Source: Octopus sinensis (taxonomy: Eukaryota). From it: a DNA stretch of 64,000 nt. The notes beneath the pieces were generated by a model that ran no database searches, had not been told where the DNA came from, and worked only from the letters and a program-made list of their open reading frames with translations. The stretch covers positions 97,216,001 through 97,280,000 of the forward strand of contig NC_043005.1 of assembly GCF_006345805.1 (NCBI RefSeq). The letters run 5' to 3'. Both the position numbers and the translations under genes were made by a program. Positions within the stretch are counted from its first letter, which is position 1. Each line of letters begins with the position of its first letter. Below, one piece after another: positions 38,400 to 51,700 of the stretch.

Positions 38400-41150
38400 T
38401 TCGGTATTCGTCGGTTGTTCTTCAAATGATATATACATAATTGAATACATGTACGTTTTTAAAGATTACTGGATGTATAGACTGCATTAAACAAAACCCA
38501 ACATTATCGTCTTTTAGAATTGATGCTTCGAATAAGAGGTGACATTTACTTTCTTCGTTGTGTTACTTTAATCTTTCTGACTATGAATTAGCATGTTCCA
38601 AATTGGGATCACTTTGTTACATTTTCTGTTATTTGAAGATGGAAAACACGTTTTAACGTTTTATTCATCTTTTGTAACTATTTGCAATTTTTTTCTCTTC
38701 ATTCATATCTAAATACATTTGTTGTTCTCCAGTAAATATTTCATGTTAATGTTCTAGTTGCATTAGGCTATTATCTTCCTGTATTAGGATAAATATAATC
38801 TTTGTATGTCGGACTACACTATAGTGCATTACTTTCTACTCTCCCTGTCTAGTTTTCCTAATTCTCTCGGCGTCCAATGAAGAATATTATATCTATAACT
38901 TATTTCTGGAGCAGCTACAGTATTGATTCCGATAACCTTACTTTTTTCGCATTTACCTCTCTTGAATATTTATTTTATGCATCTGTATATTTTTTCCTAA
39001 CCTTTTACATTTGTTGTACGTTGTATTGTCCATTGATTTATAAATAGCAAAATTTGATCTAACTCTCTAGCATGTTCGTCGTTTGTTTTTTTTTATCTAA
39101 CAGTATCGTGTTTTTAAATAATTTTCTTTTCTTCAAAATTGTCTTGGCGCATTTTTCTAAGCCGAATTTCATATAATTTCCTACAGAGCACAACTGTTCT
39201 TCTTATCGTTCATCAACTGCAATGTATATTCCATCAACACAGCCGTTTCCAAGCTACTCAGAACGTTTGATGTACCTATTTATTGTGGCAACATTATTTA
39301 TGACTAATGTTTCAAAAATTCTGAGCCAAAAGCCTTCTTGTAATCAATACATACCATACTCTTGGCCTTTTTTCTTTTATGAATCTACCTGATGTGGCTT
39401 TGTTAATAAGTTATTGATATTTACAAACATGTAAGTTTTGCAGCATCACCGTTCTTTTCGAAGTGAAATGTTTGGGTTTTTCTTGTTTTTATTTTTTTCC
39501 AGTCGTTTGTCCTCTGCGGGATTATTGCAGTTAAGGCACTCTGTATGATGCTAGAAGGCAAGTTATGGTTCTCTAGAATTTATTATTGAGAATTAATATT
39601 GTTTTCGTTTAAGTGAGCGATTCGGCTTTAGATTTTAACTTATTTAATGGATCATTCATTATCTTTCTTCGCACTTTATATGTACCAGTTCAATATTTCA
39701 AATAAAAGTTCGGAAGTATATCATTCACTGATGAATTCCAGTTCTTCATCTGTTGTAATTTTGGGGCAAATTCTTTAGTTGATATGGCGTCCCCTGATTT
39801 TTCCGGTGCTGCACTTGTTGCTTTAAACATTCCTGTCTGTGACGATCCATTTGCTGTCCATTCTTCTCTCTCCAAATTCTTCTACATTTCCTACTTTTAG
39901 AGATGCAGTGATGTCTATTTTTATTTAGTTCTTGATAGAATTATTTTAGGCTACAGACAAAATTAATTATTTTGCTCAAAGAATACTTCTTGGTTTTTCT
40001 TCGCGATTTAGCAAGAATCTTTTGTTTCAGGTTTTCTTTGCGATTTGACAAAAAACCCTTGTTTCGGTTTTTCTTTGATTTTATTTTATTCATTTTTATC
40101 CTATATAATTATTTTATGTTGTATTTCTGTAGCATTTCGTTTTTGTTTGTTTATGGACATAAAAAAATATTTTACTTTCTATCCTTTTCTATATGCTTTC
40201 ATATTGTTTGCTTGGATTCTAATAGTCTTATAAAAGTAGATGTGAGGCTGTGTCTACTTTTCTTTCTAACTACTGTAGCAGCGGTTTTTGGTTTATCCCG
40301 TTGATATTGATATTCGTGTTTGTTTTCACCAAATTTATGATGGTCAAAGTCGAAGGTGTTTTTTTATCGTGATGCAAGTTTATCAGAATTTTTTAAAGAT
40401 CTTTCGTGGTCCATAACATCTACCTTTCTATAATTTCGATCTTTATAATTTCTTAAATATTGCTAATTTTCCGGTTTAATCATGTTTTGTCTTTCAATAT
40501 GATTCAGATTTCATTGGTTAATATTCTATAGGTATGATGATAGCATTTGATTTCGTTGTCTTGTTGCTATTTTGTTTATTTTTACATGTGTCAGATCTAT
40601 CGTCGAGATAATACGCTTTTGACTTTAATGAATTTAGTCTCTCTCTGTTTTCATCTACGTTGTTTTTGTGTGTTGTTTGTATTTTCGCCATGTAATCTCA
40701 TTTTAAAGATTTCTTTCTCTGGTACCCTGCAGGTTTTTCACAATGTACATTTGTAAAATAGCCGGCTTGTTGGAAACTAAAGTTACATTTAGGCTAGGTT
40801 TACTTTCTCTCCAGAATATGCAGCTGCAAAATATGCAAATAGTATAGACTGTATTCTTCTTGTGTCAGTTTATGGTTTATTAATATTTTTCTCTTTTTAG
40901 AGGAGAGCAGTTTTTGTTGTTGTTGCTTTTTGTTGGCAGGGGCACTTGAGAAGTAAAGCAAGCTAGCATCATTTTCAGCGGGTTACAGGCTTATTTGGTT
41001 TTTGGTAACACTGAGTTTTGCGCGCTTCACTTTTCATAAATTTTATGCATCAAATTCAAAGTACACATTCCCTTTGTAAACTAAAGCCGAATGGTGTGGC
41101 TTCCATTAGTATTATTTGTCATTCTATATAGGTGGGGAGTGACTCACTTT
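38400..41150 (-). pseudogene. Ancient, heavily decayed R4/Dong-type element
   Basis: Manual translation gives APEISYRYNILHWTPRELGKLDR (~38870-38930), SMVCIDYKKAFGS (~39320-39370) and RTITCL (~39560), colinear with family A motifs. Confidence 0.55.
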
Positions 41151-42741
41151 GACGGTAATTTAACTTGCGCTCTGATAGTATTTTTTTTTCTCTAGTTTCA
41201 GCTCAGAGCTGTGGCCATGCTGATGCACCGCCGTTTACATATATTTTACATACATTTGCATACATTTATGTATTTACATACATTTGCAGCACATTACTTA
41301 TATCAGGTAGTATTTTTAAAAAACACCAGGAAGACACCAAGGAGTCACTAACTAGGTGGGCCCAGGCCGAAATATTTGCTTGATGGGAGTTCTTTCTCTG
41401 AAGATTTCTCCTACAGTCCGCTCGCTCTGTAGCGAGTTTCTGTTTCGATAAAGCAATGTATTACTGACACGGGTATACTTCAGTATCCTTTGATTTTCTT
41501 CTTTCTTATCTCATCGAGGTCAATGGTTATTTTTCATTAATCTCCAACTGTCTTAGTGTTAATGCATCCACAAATGAAAGTAGCTTTGGGTGTTTGGAAG
41601 ATATCTACCCTGACGTGTTTTGCATTATGGAAAACTAATTTTACGTAATATGTGTGTATTGCCTCGTGGTGCTATTTTCTGAATGTTGTATAACTGTTGG
41701 GGATTGAATTATATATGTACTGCATTTCTTTAAATTCATTTCAAATTAGCCTTTCTTATGAGAATTGCGTGTGTTTTTAGTTTTTCTATTCTGTATTTTT
41801 AGGTATTCTCGTCTGCATATTTTATTTGAGAACTGAATGTTCCAATAAGAACTCTTCTGTTGCTTCTGTGACCTGTGACCCGTGACCATTTTGGATCCAC
41901 TCGTTTGACAACCCAGAAGATTTAAGTGGCAAATACTTGTTAACAAATACTTCGACTTGTAGCTATTTCTATTGCTGTACTATCATTAACAGTTTATGTG
42001 TGTTTTCCGTTGTTGCAATTGTCGGAGGTTTTATTGCCGTCATTGCTGAATTGCTTTGCATCTTTGATGTTTATGCTTTTGTCTATAAAAACAGAAGTTT
42101 CAAAATTGCTCCTTTGCTCGTAAATGAAATATTTGAGATTTATTACATCACTACAACTTACATTTTCTGTTCTTCCTTTTCACGGAAACAAGAAAAAATC
42201 GGGAATGTCATATATATTTCTATGTATGCATTTCAGATTAGAATAACCCGGTAATCTGTTGTTCTCTTAATGAGGTATTGAAGTCAGACTTCCATATAGT
42301 ACTCCACTGTAACCTCCATTCTCCGGTGTAAAGAAACAAGGGGAGACAATTCCTAGGCTCCTTCTCATGGAAGGACTTCCATTTTCATATATCACACTTC
42401 TATTTCATTTGGTAGCCAAAGAAGTCTATTGAGGAGACACGAACCTGTGTAGATCACATGTTCCAATCTTTGCTGTCTCCCTTTCCTTACAAATCTTCCA
42501 GATATTTAAGAATAAATGTGAGGAGGATTTCCATTCTCCTTCAGATATATTAGCAAAGTAAAAATGTTTCCTAAAAAAAAAATTCCTCTGACAAAAGTAC
42601 ATCTTCACTGAATGCTTGCACAAATATAAATTTGAAATAAATATAATTAATTAGTAATTACAACACTATTTTAAGCAACAAACAATTTGTGCGCACATTA
42701 ATTTTGAGTTACCTTTTCTTTTGCGCGCTCGCCTCTGTGTG

Positions 42742-42769
<28 letters not shown>

Positions 42770-42776
<7 letters not shown>

Positions 42777-42975
42777 ATCTTTATGTCTGTGTTTGTCCTG
42801 CACCTTCGCTTGACAACTGGCGTTGGTTTGTTTACGTCCTCGTAAATCAGGAGTTCGGCAGTAGAGGACGACAGGATAAGTACCCAAACTTTAAACAAAT
42901 AGCTCCTGGGGTCGATTTGTTCGATTAAAATCTTCAGCTTGGCTGCAATCCGATGAATGAAACAAGTAAAAGACA
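42770..42975 (+). mobile_element. SINE family A, 3' half
   Basis: cgcttgacaac..gtttacgtcc..ggggtcgattt..gaaacaagtaaaaga. Confidence 0.7.
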
Positions 42976-43180
42976 AAAACATAGATGCAATTGATCTCAG
43001 TTCAAAAGCATTCCAGCCGTGACCATCTCACCGTTTCTTTCAGTCATCTAAAACAACATGTCTATTCTTTCTGTTTTCAAGATGAGCATGCGAGATTGGA
43101 GGAACTGGAGGAAGTTTTAGGTGCTATTCTTAGCATTTCAAACGGCCACATAGAATGTCCATTTATTTATACATGTGTGT

Positions 43181-43220
<40 letters not shown>

Positions 43221-44029
43221 TCTAGATGAATAAATTTACTTGCATGGAGCTAGAGAGAAAACGAGAAAGAGAAGAAGTGTGAGAGAAGAGCGCAACACCT
43301 CAATCTGATTGTATGATGTTGAAATCCAGACACGCTCTTTATAATCCGTCTTGTTGCCAACACGTTTCTCTGGCAACGAATCTGTTGTACTTGGCAATGG
43401 ATTGCTAACGGAACACTGTTCATATTCCAGCCAAAATTCAAAATACACATTTTACTCACGGTTGCACGCACGCAAACACACATAGACACACACGTACATG
43501 AATACAATCAGGCACAAACATAAATAAGCACGGAGATGTGCAAGGAAATAACTCAAACACCTATTACGTAGACATGTGTGTGTGTGTGTGTGCGCCTAAT
43601 CGATATCTGTGTATAAGAAATCGATATGAATGTAAAATATTCCTTTTATATACACACAAATATATTCATAACTACTTACCTATACAGACACACACAGGCA
43701 TACACACATGTATATTAATATATACTAAATATATATATATGTGTGAGTGTGTGTAAGCGAATATCTATATATATATATATATACATACGCATATGCATAT
43801 ACACACACACGCACACATACACGCGCTCACACACACACATACACACTTATGCTTCTCATATATATATGTACATTAAGATGGACTCCATCTAAGAATATCT
43901 GAAGAAGGAATATTATTCCGAAATATCATATCAGACTATGGATGACTAAATTACAACAGGTATATATCCCATTGTCTATATTATAGTGCATTGTTGTACC
44001 ATTCAAAACATTTTATTCTTCATATATAT

Positions 44030-44996
44030 ACCAAACTAAGTACAGAAATGCGAAACAAGGTGGGAAAAATTAGCACTCGAATGCCGGAAAGGAAGTTCGT
44101 CGACCCGGCTGTGAGAGAGATGAGGAGGAGTGAGAGAGAGAGAGAGAGATAGAGAGGAAGGAAGCCAAAGAGGGTGAAAGAAAGAGAGAAGAAAGAGTTA
44201 ATGAGTTTCGCGTCATAATTATATATAAAAACTTGCTTAGAGAAGAAGAAACGACGACGAATCGAATCGACGCGAGGGCGATCAGTCATACAATAGTGTA
44301 ATAAATTAAATATATGCATACATACATACATACATATATGTACGTACCTACATCTACATGTATATATACATGCATATATAAATCTATATATACGTGAGTA
44401 CAGGACACCACAAATAGACGTAGAACTCAACGAGAAACGAAAACGTAAACCAAGCATGGGCGACCTCCTTCAAGTAAACATGTTTCTTCCTGCGCTCGTG
44501 AATTTTTTTTCCTCGTCTAGGCTTATAGGCCCTCATTGTTTGTTTTCCTATCCTGTTTTTATTCCTTTTGTACTGTATTTTTTTGTAATTGTATTTTTAT
44601 TTTGTAATTGTTTTTAATTGTATTGCTTTGACGTCCTGTTTTTGTCACTATTTTTCTTCCTTGTTTTTACCCCTCTGCAAAGGAATTTTATTTAATTCTT
44701 TCGCGGGAAGGATTAGTTCGACGAGTCGTGTTCTGTCCTCACCTTCGAAACACGCTGGAGTTGAACTAGGGACAGCTGATGAAGGGGATGTTTCCTTGTG
44801 TGTTTGTCTTGTACTCTGTTTTTTCGTTGTTAAAAAAAGGTCCGTTCCATGCTTGTTTTACATTTTCGTTTCTCGTTGAGTTCTACGTCTGTTTGTGGTG
44901 TCCTGTACTCACGTATATATATTTATATATGCATGTATATATACATGTAGATGTAGGTACGTACATACATGTAAGCATATTTTATTTATTACACTA
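44030..44996. mobile_element. Rearranged family Y locus with ~150 bp inverted arms (44294-44459 and 44847-44996)
   Basis: Both arms contain ttttcgtttctcgttgagttctacgtct.tttgtggtgtcctgtactcacgtatat..tttattacacta in opposite orientations. Confidence 0.75.
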
Positions 44997-45038
44997 TATA
45001 TATATATATATATACATGCATACATACATACATAATAC

Positions 45039-45083
<45 letters not shown>

Positions 45084-45120
45084 ATTATATATATATATAT
45101 ATATTATATATATATATATT

Positions 45121-45170
<50 letters not shown>

Positions 45171-45190
45171 TGTATGTATGTATGTATATA

Positions 45191-45225
<35 letters not shown>

Positions 45226-45381
45226 CCGTAATATGAAGGGTGAAATTAATTAATTTGAAAAATTATCAATTACACCAAGTAGTCTTCGGCATAACCCTTT
45301 GATTGCTATTCTAAATTCGGTATGTGGTAAGGCAACTCGTTGCTAAACCCTTATTGCTTTATTATATATATATATATATAT

Positions 45382-45427
<46 letters not shown>

Positions 45428-45675
45428 CACTATAAATTAGGGTATCTGAGAGATACCACTATGCTGAAATAGCAGTCAAAACCCTGACCCTAAAACCACC
45501 TTAAATGTTCAAATTGCGCCATGAGAAAAGACAGAGACAAAATAAACTAGCAAAAAAGATTTTACTGGATAATTCAAGATCCTGGATTTCCAACAAAACC
45601 TGTGGTAAAAAGAAATAATAATAATAATGATGATAATAATAATAATAATGATGATGATCATGATCATGATGATGT

Positions 45676-45774
<99 letters not shown>

Positions 45775-47903
45775 GATATCACAAAGGCTGAACAAGCACC
45801 TGGACGAAAACAAACTGTTCCCAGAAGAGCAGAAAGGATGCCGCAAAGGCTCATATGGCTGTAAAGATCAACTAATGATTAATAAAGCCGTAACTGAAGA
45901 CAGCCACAGAAAGAAGAAAGGCCTCAGTATGGCCTGGATCGACTACAAAAAGGCGTTTGATAGCATCCCCCACACATGGATCCTCGAAACACTAGCCATT
46001 AACAAAGTAGCACCAACAATCATAAAATCATAGAGCACTCTATGAATAAATGGCAAATAGTCCTACACCTCCAAACAAAAGAGGGACTCATGAAAACCAA
46101 AGACATCCCCATTAGAAGAGGAATATTCCAGGAAGACACGCTCTCTCCACTCCTTTTCTGCTTGGCACTGTTACCTCTATCTGATATGCTAAATAGAACT
46201 GGATGCGGATATAAATGTTACGGCAAAACGATCAGCCACCTTTTATATATGGATGACCTAAAACTATACGCTGCAAATGACAAACAGCTGGAAACACTAT
46301 TAAAGGCAGTTCATGGATTTACCAAAGAAATAGATATGAAATTTGGATTAGAAAAGTGCGCCAAAGTAACCATGAAAAGAGGAAAACTAGTTAAGAGTAA
46401 CAACATCACACTAGATAAAACCAATGAAATAAAAGAATTAGACCAAAGCCAAACTTACAAATACTTAGGAATCCATGAACTAGATAAGACACAACACACA
46501 CAAATGAAAGAGAAAATAAAAAAAGAATATTATAGACGAGTTAGATCAATACTAAACACAGAGCTCAATACTAAAAACAAGATAATAGGTATCAACACTT
46601 TAGCTGTCCCAGTTATAAGTTACAGCTACAATATCCTTAACTGGACACGAAATGACTGACCAAAATAGATAGGAAAACAAGAAGAATAATGACAGGATCT
46701 AGGATGCATCACCCAAAATCTGACATAGAAAGACTATATATACAACGTATAGAAGGTGGTAGAGGCCTTATACAGCTGGAAAACTACTATAAAATAACCA
46801 CCATAGGACTGCAAAAATATCTACTTCAGAAGGAAGGAAAACTGATCCAGATAGCGGCAAAACACGAGCAAAGCAAAAAACTGTTCTCAGTATTTAAGGA
46901 AGCTGACAAATACAAACAAGAAATCATACCACCTAATAAACATGAAGAAGAAGAAGAAGATGATGAAGAAACAACAAAAGCTATAAAACAAATGAAATCA
47001 AAACTAAAAATAGAACAGCAACGAACCATGATAAAACGATGGCAAGAAAAGCCCCTTCATGGTAAATACTGCACTAAACTAAACGCAAAAGAAATAGACA
47101 AAGAAAAATCCCAGCAATGGTTGAGAAGCTCAGGACTCAAAGCAGCAACAGAGGGATTTTTAATTGCAGCACAAGACCAAAGCCTCCCCACCAGAAATTA
47201 CCAAAAACATGTAATGAAAAGAAATATTACAAGTAACTGCAGAATATGTGGAGATGGACAAGAAACAATAAATCATATTATCTCTAGCTGCCCAGTCCTG
47301 GCTAAGAAGGAATATATTCACAGACATGACAGAGTTGGAACCTACATACATTGGAAGCTATGCCAACATTATGGAATAACAACAGAAAAAAGATGGTATA
47401 GGCACACACCAGAAAAGGTCACAGAAAACGAGAAAGCAACCATACTCTGAGATATGCCAATACACACAGATAGAGAAATTAAGGCCAACAGACCAGATAT
47501 AGTTGTCAGAGACCATGAAGGAAAAAAATGCTTTCTAATTGATGCTTTCAATACCGGCTGATGACAACGTTTCTCTAAAAGAAATGGAGAAACTCTCAAA
47601 ATCCAAAGACCTGGAAATAGAGGTAACTAGAATGTGGAATCTGAAAACAGAAACAATTCCTATCATAGTAGGTGCATTAGGCATGATAAAAAAATATTCA
47701 GACAAATACATAACAAAAACACCAGGACTTACAAACACATATAACATACAGAAAATTGCACTACTAGGCACTGCACACATCCTACGCAGAACACTTTCCA
47801 TACAATAACCATCAGAGCATCACAACAAATCACAGCACATACCCAACGCACACAGAGCTGCGCTCGGTAGTGAAGTGAAAGCACGCTATAAAAAATAAAA
47901 CTA

Positions 47904-47906
<3 letters not shown>
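45775..47906 (+). mobile_element. R4/Dong-type family A copy 2 (5'-truncated, disrupted)
   Basis: Highly similar to 29540-31627. YMDD, CCHC knuckle, RPDIVV..K.KDLEIE endonuclease, same 3' UTR; TAA/GAT tracts on both sides. Confidence 0.92.
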
Positions 47907-47938
<32 letters not shown>

Positions 47939-47949
47939 TGATGATGATG

Positions 47950-48054
<105 letters not shown>

Positions 48055-48587
48055 GTGGCTCTCATGGCTTCTGATCTTAACTCATTGGAAGTGTTATCAT
48101 GTACATTGTTTTGTCTTGGTATAAAAGATGGGCTACAGCAAATATTCTGCTTAATACCACAGATTTGCTTGTCAGTTGTTTGACCTTAACCAGTTGAGCA
48201 TGTCCCTTAGTGGCTGACGATATGTGCATCTCTGATCACGAGCAGAAGTAGTGGGGGAGCATCATAGCCATGTGTTGAGAGGGATTCTTTGGGGTTTGAA
48301 TAATTCACCTCTGGAAACATGGGTGGTTCTTTCAACGTCCTTAAACAACCCTTATTCAGGGACCTTTTGAGCGGGATGGGCTACTCAACCTGAAGAAAAT
48401 TCTAACTGGGCCCCACCTGCAAGGTCATGTGCTGTTTATCTTGATATGAGATCACCATGTCACGCACATATGGTTGTGATGCATGTGCCTGGTGTACCCT
48501 TATCAGACGGGTAGTCATGATGGGTATATTGGGCTTCGTATATTTTACCCCAGTGTCACTTTGATGGCATGCACTGCTCTCTCACTC
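48055..48587 (+). mobile_element. Non-coding TAA-flanked element X, copy 2 (533 bp)
   Basis: See copy 1; about 70 bp longer on the left; ends ctctctcactc|aataataat. Confidence 0.8.
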
Positions 48588-48656
<69 letters not shown>

Positions 48657-48671
48657 CATAATAATAATAAT

Positions 48672-48714
<43 letters not shown>

Positions 48715-48715
<1 letters not shown>

Positions 48716-51700
48716 TCGTCAATCATTAAATGAAAACAAGCCAAAAATCATGCCGGATCGGTCATCGCCCGGGACAACAAGGATCGCGTTACCCAGTAGG
48801 GAACCAGACTGGGGTCGAAAAGTTTGCTGCTGGAACAAACTCTCAAAAAGACGATCTACCAGGTGACCAGAACCAGAATACTTCTAACTCTGGACTTGTA
48901 GTGACACCACCAAAAACACCACCAAAGGCAAAACGTATAAAATGGACCAGAGAGGACTATAGAGATGTGTTGAAAGCTTTTTATACAGCCCAACTAAACC
49001 CAAACAATAACCTCAGTGTACAAACATACATCTCATGGAGAAATTCAATAGGCAATGACGTTTGTAGATATATAGACGCAAATAAATTAAGTAATGTACG
49101 CAGAGATATAATTAAAAACAAAAGACTAACTGACGCTGAAATTGACAAAATTAGGACACTAATAGCTCATGGTAGACCGAAAGAAAACAGCAACAATGTA
49201 GACGAAATAGGTAAGAGTAGCACAGAAGCCAGTGTACAAGCGGCAAATCAACTTCCCAGTGGGGAAGTTAAACAAAGAATAGCGAAGACGAGAGATTTGA
49301 AAAAAGAGGAGAACGTAGACCTTCCTCAAGAAAACCAAAATAGATATGACATAGAATTTGAGGTGAATAATAGAGAAAAGATTATGGAAGCAAAAGTGGA
49401 CATTATGAGAGAACTCGGCAAGATTGAGCTCACTGACATGGTTAATAGAGAACCGCTACCAAAGTTTTCAAATGGCACAAGAAATAACAACACAATCATG
49501 ACATATAACGTTGCCCTAGGACAGATCTTAAGAAATAAGGGGAATGATCTGACAACCTTAAATAATCTCATCTATTCCACTGCTAAAGTAGTAACTACCC
49601 AACTAGGTATTAAGATGACAAAGAAAAAGGCCAGGCATGTCAATGAACCTCCTAAGTGGAAAGTAGCGATACAAAAAGAGATTGAATCTCTGCGGGCGGA
49701 TGTTTCAGTTCTCGATGAGCTTGCTAGAGGAGTGAATATTAAGTCGAGAAAAGCTAGAAAAATCAAGCAAAAATATAAAATCAAAGATCTCATAAACCTC
49801 CCTGCAACTAAGGAACTGTTGAAACAACGGATACAGTTGAAAGCCCAACGGCTTAGAAGGTATGACAAAAGAAACAAATTTTATCGACAAAATAAATTTT
49901 TTAAGATAGATGCAAATAAATTTTATAGGGAAATTGGCAAAGATAAAATACACATAGAAGATCCACCTAAGATTGAGGAAGTGGAGGAGTTCTGGAAGAA
50001 GGTATGGAGCAACGAAAAAAAGTTTAATGCTGAGGCTGACTGGATAGAACGTGAGAAAGAGAGACTGGATGAATTTGAAGAACAGAAATGGGAAGCAATA
50101 GGAATAGAGGAGCTAAGGTGTGTCCTTAGGAAGGCTCATAAATGGAAAACCCCAGGACTGGATCGGATCCCTAACTTCTGGCTGAATTGTTTGACAGAGG
50201 TACACGAAAATCTCGCTGCATCTCTGTCTGATGTCATTCAGAACCCAGAGCAAATACCTGCTTGGCTGACTGAAGGAACCACCTACCTATTACCTAAAAC
50301 CGAAGACACAAAAAACCCAAAGAATTACCGGCCAATAACATGTCTCAACACCACCTACAAAATCCTCACATCCATAATAACGGAGAGAATGTACGCTTTC
50401 CTTGAACAAAACTCTATCCTTCCACAAGCTCAAAAAGGTTGTAAAAGAAACTCTTATGGGTGCAAAGACCAATTGCTCATAAACAGAATGATTGTAGAGA
50501 ATTGCCGGAGCAAAAACAAAAACCTGAGTATGGCATGGATAGACTACAGGAAAGCGTATGACAGTGTCCCACATAAATGGATACTCAAGGCCCTTGAGAT
50601 ATACAAGATCTATCCTGTCGTCTCAAAATTCTTAGAGAATAGCATGACCATGTGGAACACACGTCTCTTTCTAAGCCATAGTAATGGGATGAGCCAGTCC
50701 AACAGCATCAACATCAAACGAGGCATCTTTCAAGGTGACTCCCTCTCTCCATTACTTTTTTGCATGGCACTGATCTCACTCTCAAACGAATTGGATAGTA
50801 CCAGATATGGGTACAAAGTTTTTAGTAAGTTAATAAACCACCTTTTCTATATGGACGACCTAAAGCTGTTTGCCAGGAATGACCAAGAGCTAGAAGGGCT
50901 GCTAACAACTGTTAAAGAGTTTAGCAATGATATCGGAATGGATTTTGGCCTTGATAAGTGTGCTAAAGCAACTTTTGTAAGAGGCAAGCTCAGGCAAACA
51001 GCTTCTGTTAAATTAGATATTGATACTACCATCAAGGAACTTGACCCACAAGAAAGTTACAAATACCTAGGAATCAACGAAGGAGATGGTATACATCATG
51101 CTACTATGAAGGAAAAAAATAAGAAAGGAATACTATAGGAGAATAAGGCTTGTACTGAAGACTGAACTCAACTCCAAAAATTGCATTGAGGCCATTAACA
51201 CCCTGGCGCTTCCAGTAGTCCAGTACAGTTTTAACATCATTAACTGGAACCTTACGGAACTCCAACGCTTAGACAGGAAGACAAAAAAATTACTGACATC
51301 CAAGAGCATGCACCACCCTAAGGCAGATGTAGACCGCCTGTACCTACCTAGAAGCAGCGGGGGGAGAGGAATGATGCAATTAGAGCTGTGCTATAAGACC
51401 TCTACTGTAGGAATGAACAGGTACCTATCTAGTACAAAGGACTGGATGCTGCGACTTGTGTGCGAACACGAAAGCAGCAAAAAGCTACATGCTATTGTCA
51501 AGGAAGCCTATAAGTTCGAAAGGGAACTAGACATTAACCTTGAATCAGATGAAGAGCCGGAAACCACTGCTACCAAGCAAGCAAAGCGAATCAAGCAGAC
51601 TGCAAAAAAGAACGGGCAGAATCAAATTGAGAGGCGGTGGAGCCAGAAGCCCCTGCATGGACAATATATTCTCCGAAGCCAAAATGCTGATGTAGACCAA

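Noticed and set aside
42502-42557. Candidate 56 nt exon (strong polypyrimidine acceptor, IFKNKCEEDFHSPSDILA, donor GTAAAA)
   Set aside because: Such signals arise by chance in 64 kb; no homology and no partner exons identified.
48480-48587. HDV-like ribozyme in element X
   Set aside because: Trial P1/P2/P3 assignments on either strand failed to give a consistent double pseudoknot.
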